From Nitrospirota bacterium (GTDB lineage Bacteria > Nitrospirota > JACRHJ01), in the NCBI GenBank assembly GCA_963733375.1, contig CAVTDB010000003.1, positions 1 through 64,000 of the forward strand: 64,000 nt of DNA, read 5' to 3'. Positions 31,881 through 41,350 of the stretch are shown here, in pieces. Position numbers and translations under genes: made by a program. The notes beneath the pieces were generated by a model, which was not told the origin of the DNA, made no database searches, and saw nothing but the letters and a program-made list of their open reading frames with translations. Positions within the stretch are counted from its first letter, which is position 1. Each line of letters opens with the position of its first letter.

Positions 31881-31926
31881 ATTCCTTTTTATTCCTTCAC
31901 GAATTTAAGCCGTGGAGTTCATGCAG
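31876..31926 (-). pseudogene. Degenerate duplicate of the msrB 3' end
   Basis: ttattccttcacgaatttaagccgtggagttcatgcag resembles ttattccttcacgaatataagcgctgcggagttcatgcag at 32175-32214. Confidence 0.75.
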
Positions 31927-31945
31927 GACCAGTTACCGGACCGAT

Positions 31946-31973
31946 TTGACAAATTCCGGGACGGTGGTAGAAT
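31946..31973 (+). promoter_or_regulatory. Sigma70 promoter with extended -10 (second copy)
   Basis: TTGACA-N16-TAGAAT with TG upstream of the -10. Confidence 0.8.
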
Positions 31974-31980
31974 AGGAAAT

Positions 31981-32082
31981 AATGAGTAAGGAATAAATTC
32001 GGAACCGTAAAGAGGCCAAAACTCGAAAGAGCAATAACCTTCGATAAGGGAAAGAATTAAAATTCCTTGCTCATTGTTTTTT
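31981..32082 (+). ncRNA. Candidate structured ncRNA, copy 2 (~95 nt plus U-tail)
   Basis: 5' AAUGAGUAAGGAAU pairs with 3' AUUCCUUGCUCAUU; same CUC-GAAA-GAG hairpin; T6 tail. Confidence 0.7.
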
Positions 32083-32174
32083 GGGGCGGGGCCCCTCCCA
32101 AGGCTACATCCCGCCCGCTCATCTCTTCAAGTGCGCGTCCGGCGTATCCAGCCCGGTCCGTTTTTATTTCTTTT

Positions 32175-32721
32175 TTATTCCTTCACGAATATAAGCGCTG
32201 CGGAGTTCATGCAGTAGCGAAGGCCGGTGGGCGCGGGTCCGTCGTCGAATACGTGGCCCAGGTGCGCGTCGCACCTGCTGCAAAGCACCTCGGTCCTCGT
32301 GATAAAAAAACCTTTATCAATTTTCGTATATACGTTTTCTTTCGCTATCGGCTGCCAGAAGCTCGGCCACCCGGTCCTGGAATCGTACTTGGCGTCGGAA
32401 CTGAACAGGTCGAGTCCGCAGCAGACGCATTTATATATCCCTTTTTCGTGGTTGTCCCAGTAGGCGTTCTCATACGCCGGTTCCGTACCCGCTTCCCTCG
32501 CCACATGGAACTGCTCCGGCGTGAGCAGCTTGCGCCACTCATCTTTTGATTTTATTACCTTCTCCGACATGATATATCCTTTCTTCCCGGCCGAATAAAC
32601 CCTTATCGCATGCGGCCTTACAGCAGCCGAAGCATGACCGGCGCGGCCTTGCCGAGCATGAGCATACGGCAAGCGCCGCAAGTGCCAGTATCGCCGCCGA
32701 AAATTTCATCTGGTCCTCCAT
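32175..32721 (-). CDS. msrB: Peptide-methionine (R)-S-oxide reductase, probably with a frameshifted N-terminal signal (core starts at 32570)
   Basis: YKCVCC, SRTGWPSF, HLGHVFDDGP, RYCMNSAAL. Confidence 0.93.
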
Positions 32722-32837
32722 ATTTTGTTTATTATAACATTTGTTCGTTATGTTATATTTTTAGAACACCTTTTCTTTTCTTTTACGAAAAGTCATCGCG
32801 AGAAAGAAAACAAAAGAAAACGGGGGGTAAGGGACAA

Positions 32838-33686
32838 TTGCAGATAAAATGGGGGCCTGCGGTCATTCTGGCCGCCTACGTAATCCTGCTCGTCCTCGAA
32901 ACTCTATTCCCGTTAAGGGGCAGGAAGCTTCCCCGAAAAGGCCGGTTCCTGGTAAACGCGTCCATGACCGCGCTCGTATTCTTAGCCGGGGGTTTAATCG
33001 TCCGGACGGTCGGCCTCTCCGTTGCGGCGTGGGCCGAAGCGAAACCCTTCGGGCTCCTTCACATTGCCCGATTGCCGGCCTGGGCCAGGTTTGCCCTGGG
33101 CTTCCTGCTCATGGACCTCTCCTTTTACTACTGGCACCGGATAAACCACGAACTGCCGATACTCTGGAGGTTCCATAACGTCCACCACGCAGACCCGGAC
33201 ATGGACGTCACCACCTCGTTCAGGTTTCACTTGGTCGAGGTGCTTTATTCCACGGGGTTCCGGGCGCTTCAGGTGCTGATAACCGGCGTGTCGCCTTTTA
33301 CCTATGCCGTTTACGAGATTTTCTTCGCCTGCGAAACGGCGTTCCATCACAGTAACCTCCGCCTCCCCGTCAGGTTAGAGTCATTACTGAACAAGATAAT
33401 CGTCACGCCCCGCATGCACGGCATACACCACTCTTTCGTCATGGAGGAGACCAACTCGAACTACTCCACTATCTTCAGGTGGTGGGACTGGCTTCACGGC
33501 ACCCTGGACCTGGGAGTGCCGCAGAAGGATATCACTATCGGCGTACCCGCCTACTCAGCGCCGGGGGATAACGGTTTTATGCGGCTTAACCTCATGCCGT
33601 TCGAAAAGCAGCGGGATTACTGGAGGCTGCCGGACGGCGGGATCAAAAAGCGCGGCGCGCACGACAGAAGGGCAATGGTGGAATAA
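32838..33686 (+). CDS. Sterol desaturase/fatty acid hydroxylase family protein
   Basis: YYWHRINH, FHNVHH, FHHSN, HGIHH histidine boxes. Confidence 0.88.
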   Translation: MQIKWGPAVILAAYVILLVLETLFPLRGRKLPRKGRFLVNASMTALVFLAGGLIVRTVGLSVAAWAEAKPFGLLHIARLPAWARFALGFLLMDLSFYYWHRINHELPILWRFHNVHHADPDMDVTTSFRFHLVEVLYSTGFRALQVLITGVSPFTYAVYEIFFACETAFHHSNLRLPVRLESLLNKIIVTPRMHGIHHSFVMEETNSNYSTIFRWWDWLHGTLDLGVPQKDITIGVPAYSAPGDNGFMRLNLMPFEKQRDYWRLPDGGIKKRGAHDRRAMVE

Positions 33687-34649
33687 ATGAGATTCGAGGA
33701 AAAGATAGCGGGCTATACGGGCGGCGGGCTTAGGTGTACGGATATCGAAGTCCTGCAGGTGAACCTCGGGCTTAAATGCAACCAGGCTTGCCTCCATTGC
33801 CACGTCTCCGCCTCGCCGGATAGAGACGAGGTGATGCAGTGGCCGACCATGTCGTTAGTCCTTGACGCGGTGACTCAGGCCCGGCCGAAGCTCGTCGATC
33901 TGACGGGCGGCGCGCCGGAGATAAACCCTGATTTCAGGAGGTTCGTATCGGCCCTTTGCGACGGCGGTTCTACTGTCCAGGTAAGGACGAACTTAACCGC
34001 GCTCCTTCTGCCGGGAAACGAGGACCTGCCCGAATTTCTGGCACAGCGAAATGTCCGGCTTGCGGCTTCCATGCCCTGCTATCTCGAGGAAAACGTGCGC
34101 GCGCAACGCGGGGCGGGGGTATACGAAGACAGCATAACCGCGATAAAAAAACTGAACGCGCTTGGATACGGCGACTCATCCGGTCTGTCTATCCGGGCTC
34201 TCGGCTCGACCTTATCTACAACCCCGGCGGGACGTATCTGCCGCCTGGTCAGGGCGCGCTCGAAGCGGACTACAGAAGGGAGCTTTCGCTTCAGGTTCGG
34301 AGTAGTATTTTCGAACCTCCTGACTATCGCCAACATGCCGCTCGGGCGTTTTCGCTCTCAGCTGCCGGGAGAAAAAGAGCGCGAATACATGGAGCTTCTG
34401 GAAGGGTCTTTCAACCCGGAAACCCTGGAGGGGGTCATGTGCAGGCGCCAGGTGAGCGTCGGCTGGGACGGGCGGCTCTACGACTGCGATTTCAACCTCG
34501 CGCTCGGCCTCCCCATAGCCGGGGACGCGCCGCGCACCATAGCGGATTTCGACGCCTTAAAGCTTGCCCGCCGGAGCATCGCCACGGGCCCCCACTGCTA
34601 CGGCTGCACGGCCGGATGCGGCTCTTCCTGCAAAGGCGCGTTAGTATAA
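33687..34649 (+). CDS. arsS: Arsenosugar biosynthesis radical SAM protein (DUF3641), with local frameshifts
   Basis: LQVNLGLKCNQACLHCHV, DLTGGAPE, ASMPCY, YDCDFN, HCYGCTAGCGSSC. Confidence 0.88.
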   Translation: MRFEEKIAGYTGGGLRCTDIEVLQVNLGLKCNQACLHCHVSASPDRDEVMQWPTMSLVLDAVTQARPKLVDLTGGAPEINPDFRRFVSALCDGGSTVQVRTNLTALLLPGNEDLPEFLAQRNVRLAASMPCYLEENVRAQRGAGVYEDSITAIKKLNALGYGDSSGLSIRALGSTLSTTPAGRICRLVRARSKRTTEGSFRFRFGVVFSNLLTIANMPLGRFRSQLPGEKEREYMELLEGSFNPETLEGVMCRRQVSVGWDGRLYDCDFNLALGLPIAGDAPRTIADFDALKLARRSIATGPHCYGCTAGCGSSCKGALV

Positions 34650-34761
34650 AACCGTTACTTTTCTTTCGCGGGAAAGAAAAGTAACACAAAAGAAAGCTGG
34701 ACTGTTAAACGCCCAAAAGTTTTTGGCGTTACCTTTTTCCTAAAAAGGTAACAAAGGTTTT
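34647..34761. repeat. Double-hairpin intergenic repeat, copy E (opposite orientation)
   Basis: GTTACTTTTCTTTC-GCGG-GAAAGAAAAGTAAC (34654-34685) and GTTACCTTTTT-CCT-AAAAAGGTAAC (34728-34752). Confidence 0.85.
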
Positions 34762-36106
34762 AATCTTTATAATAGATTTTCGCAAGCGTCTCCGGCTTCA
34801 CGCCCAGGGCGTACAGTATCCTTAACGCATGGTTCCTGACGGCGGAAAAATATATGCCGTCGGAAATATATTTTCTTGCCGAAGTCTCTGCGCGCTCTTT
34901 GAGGATGCGTATCCTGCCGCCGCGCCTCCGCACCCTTTTCATAAGCTCCACGTCTTCCATCAGGGGGATGTCTTTGTAACCGCCTATCTTATCGAAATAG
35001 TCCTTCCGGATGAAGATCGCCTGGTCGCCGTACGGGACCCGCGTAATACGCGAGCGGATACCCGCGGACCAGGTAACGAACTTCATAAACCGGCGGTCTG
35101 AATTAATCAGCAGGTCGAAGGCCCCGCCTATGTACCTGCCGGAGCTTATGACTTCGTCGATTTTCCTGAACGCATTTTCGGGGATAAGGGTATCCGCGTG
35201 CAGGAAGACCAATACCTCTCCGCGAGCCTTTGCCGCGCCTTCATTCATCTGCCTTGCGCGCCCTTTTCCGGCGGAGACCTTTATCACGCCTGCCTCTTCA
35301 ACCGCTTCCAATTCAACCGCTTCCAAAGTGTCCATCTCCGGGCTCCCGTCAACGACTATTATCTCAGCGGTTCGGCCCCGGTCGATTTTGCGCAGGTGCC
35401 TGATTACACGGTTGATATTCACCGCCTCGTTCAGGACCGGGATTATCACCGAGAATTTCTTGCGGACGGATAGCCCCGCGATCTCTATATCCTCCACCCG
35501 GTCGATATCCATCAGCTCCGGCAGGATGTGCGGCTCCGCCTCCGCCCCCCCCGCCGCGCCTGCCCCCCTCGCCGCCCCCGCCCGCTTGAAGGCGGCCATC
35601 GTATCAGTGAAAACTGTATCCGCGCCCCATCTGATCCCGTTAAAGACTTCGGGCAGAAAACCCTTTCGGCTGAAGCCGATAAGGTAGTATCCGCCGTCTT
35701 TTGCCGGGCCGATGGCCGCGCCGTTATCAGGAAGCTTCGAAAACGCCTCTTCGATAATATTGCCGCTTAAATCCGGGATATCGCTTCCGGCCAGGACGAC
35801 GTATGCGGCCCCGTCCGAGAAGGCGGATCTAAATGCGTTTTCCATCCGCTGGCCCAGGTCCGCCCCGGCTTGCGGAAAATACACGCGCCCCTCTCCCAGC
35901 CACGTCTTAACTTCCGCCGCCTTATCCGGCGGATAAAAGTCTATCCGTATGTCGTAGTCCCCGCCTTCGACGGCTTTCAGGGAACGCGCGCCGATTTCCT
36001 TATAGAGTTCAACGGCCAGGTCTCTGCCTATCTCCGCCGAAAGGCGCGTTTTTACCGCCCCCCGTTCGGGGGATTTGACGAAGAATATAAGGAGCCGCTT
36101 GTCCAT
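34760..36106 (-). CDS. Fused DUF2064 (TIGR04282-like) and GT2 (TIGR04283-like) glycosyltransferase
   Basis: VKTRL, DLGQRM, GSDIP, GPAKDGGYYLIG, then SVIIPVLNE, GRARQMNEGA, FLHADT, PYGDQ, PLMED. Confidence 0.88.
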   Translation of the reverse strand: MDKRLLIFFVKSPERGAVKTRLSAEIGRDLAVELYKEIGARSLKAVEGGDYDIRIDFYPPDKAAEVKTWLGEGRVYFPQAGADLGQRMENAFRSAFSDGAAYVVLAGSDIPDLSGNIIEEAFSKLPDNGAAIGPAKDGGYYLIGFSRKGFLPEVFNGIRWGADTVFTDTMAAFKRAGAARGAGAAGGAEAEPHILPELMDIDRVEDIEIAGLSVRKKFSVIIPVLNEAVNINRVIRHLRKIDRGRTAEIIVVDGSPEMDTLEAVELEAVEEAGVIKVSAGKGRARQMNEGAAKARGEVLVFLHADTLIPENAFRKIDEVISSGRYIGGAFDLLINSDRRFMKFVTWSAGIRSRITRVPYGDQAIFIRKDYFDKIGGYKDIPLMEDVELMKRVRRRGGRIRILKERAETSARKYISDGIYFSAVRNHALRILYALGVKPETLAKIYYKD

Positions 36107-36266
36107 TATCAAAATATATGCCCGTTGAGCCAATGCAGTCAAATGTTATTCTCACAGCCATTTGAAATATACGGGATGCTGATATATACTTAACAAGATA
36201 AGGTCATATTAAGAGCATGGCAGAAGGTACTTAAGGACCTTGAATCAGCAGGGAGAAGTAACGGTA

Positions 36267-36911
36267 ATGTCCGAGTCGAAAGAGAAAAGACACGGCGAGG
36301 ACCAGGAGGGGCGCGGCATTGACCTGCATGTCCTGGGTCTTATAATCGCTTCGGAAAATGTCTTGTTCGCCCTGCCCGATGCATCCCGCATCGCGGAATA
36401 TTTCGGCGACACGCTCGTCTCAATACCCGGCATAAAAGGATGCCGCGTCTGTATTGACGGCACATCGGTGCAAAGGGGCGAGGTGGACGACGGCGACGCC
36501 TGCGGCGAATGCATGGCCCGGCACGCGACTGACGGCTCCCCGTTCCGATGCGGCCTTGAGGGTCAACCCGGCATACGGGTGATCCCGCTCGAGGCCAAGG
36601 AACATTTTTTCGGTTTCCTCGTCTTCAAGACGGACGAGACGGGCTCATTTATGCCGTACGAGCCCTTTATAGACAACCTCGCCACTTTCATTACGCTTTC
36701 ACTCGAGAACCGCCTCCAGAAAGACCTCCTGCAGGAGGCGCACGACAGCCTGGAATTAAAGGTGCGCGAGCGGACGGAAGAACTGAACGAAAAAGTGGAA
36801 GAACTCAAGAAATTCTCCAAAGTCGCCCTCGGCCGGGAGCTCAGGATAATAGAGCTAAAGGAAGAAGTCAAAAGGCTGAAAGACGAACTCTCACAAGGCA
36901 AAGCCGCCTGA
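36267..36911 (+). CDS. Cys-rich GAF-like sensor plus coiled coil, with no output domain
   Basis: CRVC, CGEC, further C; LELKVRERTEEL S-helix; GRELRIIELKEEV tail. Confidence 0.65.
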   Translation: MSESKEKRHGEDQEGRGIDLHVLGLIIASENVLFALPDASRIAEYFGDTLVSIPGIKGCRVCIDGTSVQRGEVDDGDACGECMARHATDGSPFRCGLEGQPGIRVIPLEAKEHFFGFLVFKTDETGSFMPYEPFIDNLATFITLSLENRLQKDLLQEAHDSLELKVRERTEELNEKVEELKKFSKVALGRELRIIELKEEVKRLKDELSQGKAA

Positions 36912-37015
36912 CACTACACCCGGCCATTAGCGCCAGGTTGCGGTAGTCACTTCCGCTGGTATACTTAATTAAATCAAAGCCGAGTCCGCTACTCCCCTGT
37001 TGAGAGCACAAAACC

Positions 37016-38200
37016 ATGCGTGATACCCAGGTCCGCCGGCTTTCTTGCCGTTCTTCGTTCACGACTGCTTTACTGGCCGCGCTCGCATGCCTTTGCCTGA
37101 GTGTTCCGGCATGCGGAAAGAAAAAACCGCCCGCGCCGCCTCCGCCGGCGGTCGAAGTCGTGAGCGTTATCCAGAGAGACATCCCCGTAATCCACGAGTG
37201 GGTCGGCTCCACGGACGGCCTGGTCAACGCCGCTATCAGGGCCCAGGTCACGGGGTATCTGATAAAACAGGACTATGTGGAAGGCGACGTCGTAAAGAAG
37301 GGGCAGGAACTCTTCGAGATAGACCCGCGGCCTTTCCGGGCCGCGCTGGACCAGGCCCAGGGGACTCTTTCACAGTACACGGCGCAGTGGGAGAATGCAA
37401 AGGCCACACTGGAAAGGGTCAAGCCTCTGGTCGCCCAGAACGCCCTGAGCAAGAAGGACCTGGACGACGCAACCGGCGCGGAACGCTCCGCAAAGGCTCA
37501 GGTCGCAGCCGCACGGGCGGCCGTGGAGAACGCCCGGATAAACCTTGGCTTCACAAAGATTATTTCACCCATCGGCGGCGTGGCGGGCCTCGCCACCACG
37601 CAGATAGGAACCTCGTCGGCCCCGCCCTTGGGGCGGAGTTGACTACGGTTTCGACAATCCAGCCGATAAAAATCTATTACGCGATAAACGAGGAGGCCTA
37701 TATCGACTTCATGCGGCAGTTCGGCTCCGATGCCGCGGGCTTAAGGCGGCCAGGAAGCTTAGGATTGAGCTGGTCCTGGCGGACGGTACGAAATATCCCT
37801 ATACAAGGGAACTTTTACGCACTGGACCGGCAGGTGGACGTGAGGACGGGTACGTTAAGGGTGGAGGCGCTCTTTCCAAACCCGCGCAACCTTCTGCGCC
37901 CCGGGCAGTTCGTGAGGGTACGGGTGCTGGCCGGCATGAGGAAAGGGGCGCTTTTACTGCCGCAGAGGGCGGTTACGGAGCTTCAGGGGGGCTATCAGGT
38001 GGCCGTGGTCGGCCCGGATAACAGGGTGTCTCTCAGGTCCGTCAAACCCGGCGAACAAATCGGGACGTTCTGGGTGATAGAGACGGGGCATAAGCCCGGG
38101 CGAGCGAGTGGTGGCGGAAGGCGCCCAGAAGGTGAAGCAGGGCCAATTGGTAAACCCGAGGCCGTTTGCCGTCAGCACCACAGCCGAAAAAAGGTAAATA
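37016..38200 (+). CDS. RND efflux periplasmic adaptor (frameshifted)
   Basis: Lipobox VPAC, IRAQVTG, FEIDPRPF, LRPGQF. Confidence 0.88.
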
Positions 38201-38207
38201 GCGCCCC

Positions 38208-41200
38208 ATGTACCGGTTCTTTATCAGACGCCCGATTGTCGCGATGGTCATCGCGATTATCATGATAATCGTGGGACTGGTCGCGATGTCCAGCCTGCCT
38301 GTCGCGCAGTATCCGAAGATCGTGCCGCCTGAAATCCTCGTCCAGACAACTTATGTCGGGGCCGACGCTCAGACCATAGAGCAGGCGATGGCCACGCCGC
38401 TTGAGCAGCAGATGAGCGGCGTGGACAACATGAACTACATGTACTCCATCAATTCCAACAACGGCCTGATGCGCCTGACGGTAAATTTCGACGTTGCGAC
38501 GGATCCGAATACGGACCAGATACTGGCCCAGCTGCGCGAGGGTCAGGCGGAACCGCAGTTCCCGGTGGACGTGCGCAACTACGGCATAACGGTGCAGAAA
38601 TCATATTCCACGCCGCTCGCGCTCTTCGCGCTGTATTCGCCCCACGGCACATACGACGCCACCTTCCTGGCCAACTATGCCTCCATAAACTTAAACGACC
38701 AGCTGACACGGGTAAAGGGTATCGGAAGCGTCGCCGTCTTCGGGGCGGGCCAGTACGCCATGCGCTGCTGGGTGCGTCCGGACGTCCTGGCAAAGCTGAA
38801 CATCACCATCCCCGAAATCGTGACGGCGCTCCAGAGGCAGAACACGGTGAACCCCGCGGGGCAGGTGGGCGGAGAGCCCGCACCGCCCGGGCAGGAATAT
38901 ACTTACGCAATCCAGGCGCAGGGGCGGTTAGTTACGCCGGAGGAGTTCGGGCGGATAGTCATAAGGGCGAACCCCGACGGCTCTTTAGTCCGTTTAAGCG
39001 ACGTGGCCAGGATCGACCTGGGCGCCCAGGACTACAGCCTCATCGGGCGCTTCAACGGAAAGCCCTCCGCCATACTCGCCCTCTACCAGCTGCCGGGCAC
39101 GAACGCGCTCGACGCCGTGGACGGCGTGAAGCAGGCGATGGCGAAGATGCGGCAGTCGTTCCCGCCGGACCTCGATTACGCGGTCGCGCTGGACACCACG
39201 CAGTCCGTGAGAGAAGGGATAAAAGAGATCGAGATAACGCTGGGGATTGCCATGCTGCTGGTGATCCTCGTGGTATTCGTCTTCCTCCAGGGATGGCGGG
39301 CCACGCTCATCCCCGCTATAGCCGTCCCGGTCTCCCTGATAGGCACCTTCGCCTTTTTCCCGCTACTTGGTTTTTCGATAAACCCCATCGCGCTCATGGG
39401 GATGGTGGTGGCGATAGGGCTCGTGGTGGACGACGCCATCGTCGTCGTCGAAGCCGTGGAGAGGCATATCGAGGACGGGCTGGCTCCGAAGGAGGCGGCA
39501 GAGAGGGCGATGGAGGAGGTCGCGGCTCCGGTCGCGGCCATCGCGCTGGTCCTGGCGGCTGTCTTCCTGCCGACCCTTTTCATACCCGGCATAACCGGAA
39601 GGCTTTATACGCAGTTTGCCGTCACTATCGCTATCTCGGTGCTGTTGTCCGCGTTCAACGCCCTGACGCTCTCCCCGGCGCTTTGCGGCGTCCTGCTCCG
39701 CCCGAAGAAGAAGACGCGCGGGCCGCTCGGCTGGTTTTACGGCTGGTTCAACCGGACCTTCGACCGCGCGCGCGAAGGCTACATCAGCATATCCCGCGCC
39801 ATCATCCGCAAGGCGGTAATCGGGTTTGTCATCCTGGCCGCGCTCACCGCCGGGATATATCTGCTCGGCAAGCAGATCCCGGGCGGCTTCCTGCCGGAGG
39901 AGGACCAGGGCTACCTGTTCAGCGTCATCCAGCTGCCCGACGCCTCCTCGCTCCAGCGCTCGTCGGAGGCCGCGCGCAATGTCGAGCGGGTAATCCTCGG
40001 CACGCCGGGTGTTAAGTCCTGCACCTCGGTCATCGGCTTCAGCCTCTTGAGCTTCGTGAGGAACACTTCAGCAGCTTCTTCTTCATTACCCTGAAGCCGT
40101 GGTCCGAGAGGGACGGTTGGAGAAGGCCCCGGACATCCTGGCCCATCTGAACCGGGACTTAAGCAAACTGCCGCAGGGCATCGCGGTGGCGTTTCCCCCG
40201 CCCGCCATACAGGGTGTCGGGTCCTCCGGGGGCGTTACGTTCATCTTCGAGGACCGCGCCGGCAAAGACATTAAATTCCTGGCGGACAACACGAAGAAGT
40301 TCATAGACGCGGCCGGGAAACGTCCGGAGATCGCGCGGGTCAGCACGACCATTCTGCCCAGCGTGCCGCAGTATTTCGTGGACGTGGACCGGGACAGGGT
40401 CTTAAGCCAGGGCGTGGACCTGGGGGAGGTTTACGGCACGCTCCAGTCGTTCATGGGAGGGCAGTTCGTAAATTACTTCAACCGTTTCGGCAGGCAGTGG
40501 CAGGTGTACGTGGAGGCCGAGGGCGATTACAGGACCAACGTCAGGCAGTTGGGCCAGTTTTACGTGCGAAACGCAAGCGGAGGCTCCGTGCCGCTCGCGG
40601 CTGTGACAAAGACGTCAAGCGCGGACGGGCCCGGAGTTTACCATGCGCTATAACGAATACCGCTCGGCGCAGATCAACGCGACCGCCGCCCCCGGCTACA
40701 GCACGGCGCAGGCGATGAAGGCCCTGGAGGAGGTATTCGCGAAGACGATGCCGCCCGAAATGGGATACGACTACCTGGGGATGTCGTACCAGGAACAGCT
40801 GGCAAGCAAGGGCATCCCTCCCGCGGCTATATTTTCTCTCTCGCTGGTTTTCGTCTTCCTGATACTCGCCGCTCTTTACGAAAGCTGGTCTTTGCCGTTC
40901 AGCGTCCTTTTGGGTACGCCCGTCGCGGTATTCGGCGCGTTCGCCGCACTCCTGCTCCGTGGGATGGTATTCAATATCTACGCGCAGATCGGGCTCATCG
41001 TATTGATAGGTCTCGCGGCCAAAAACGCGATACTCATAGTCGAATTCGCGAAGACGGAACATGAAAAAGGCAAAGGGCTGGAAGACTCGGCGCTGGCCGG
41101 GGCGAGGCTAAGGCTTCGCCCGATACTGATGACGTCCTTCGCGTTTATCTTGGGCAGCGTGCCGCTTGCGCTGGCCAGCGGTTCCGGCGCCATCGCCCGG

Positions 41201-41350
41201 CAGATTATGGGTACAGACGTCATCGGCGGGATGCTGGCGGCAACCGGCATCGCCATATTCTTAATCCCGATGATGTTCTATGTAATTGAGAAATTCAGCG
41301 AACGCGGGAAGAAAGTAACGCCGCCGAAATCCGGATGGGCAAGGACATGC
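38208..41350 (+). CDS. HAE1 RND efflux permease (frameshifts near 40090, 40630 and the 3' end)
   Basis: [44 protein letters not shown]. Confidence 0.92.

Noticed and set aside
32768-32830. Sixth copy of the double-hairpin repeat
   Set aside because: Only a degenerate TTTTCTTT...AAAGAAAAC-AAAAGAAAAC resemblance without the GTTAC/GTAAC stem
34590-34649. Selenocysteine in the ArsS C-terminus
   Set aside because: The relevant codon is TGC; there is no in-frame TGA
2719-34761. CRISPR array, or plain terminators, as an explanation of the hairpin repeats
   Set aside because: Copies are dispersed rather than arrayed and there are no cas genes; A/T-rich stems, paired architecture and shared flanks exceed what independent terminators would show
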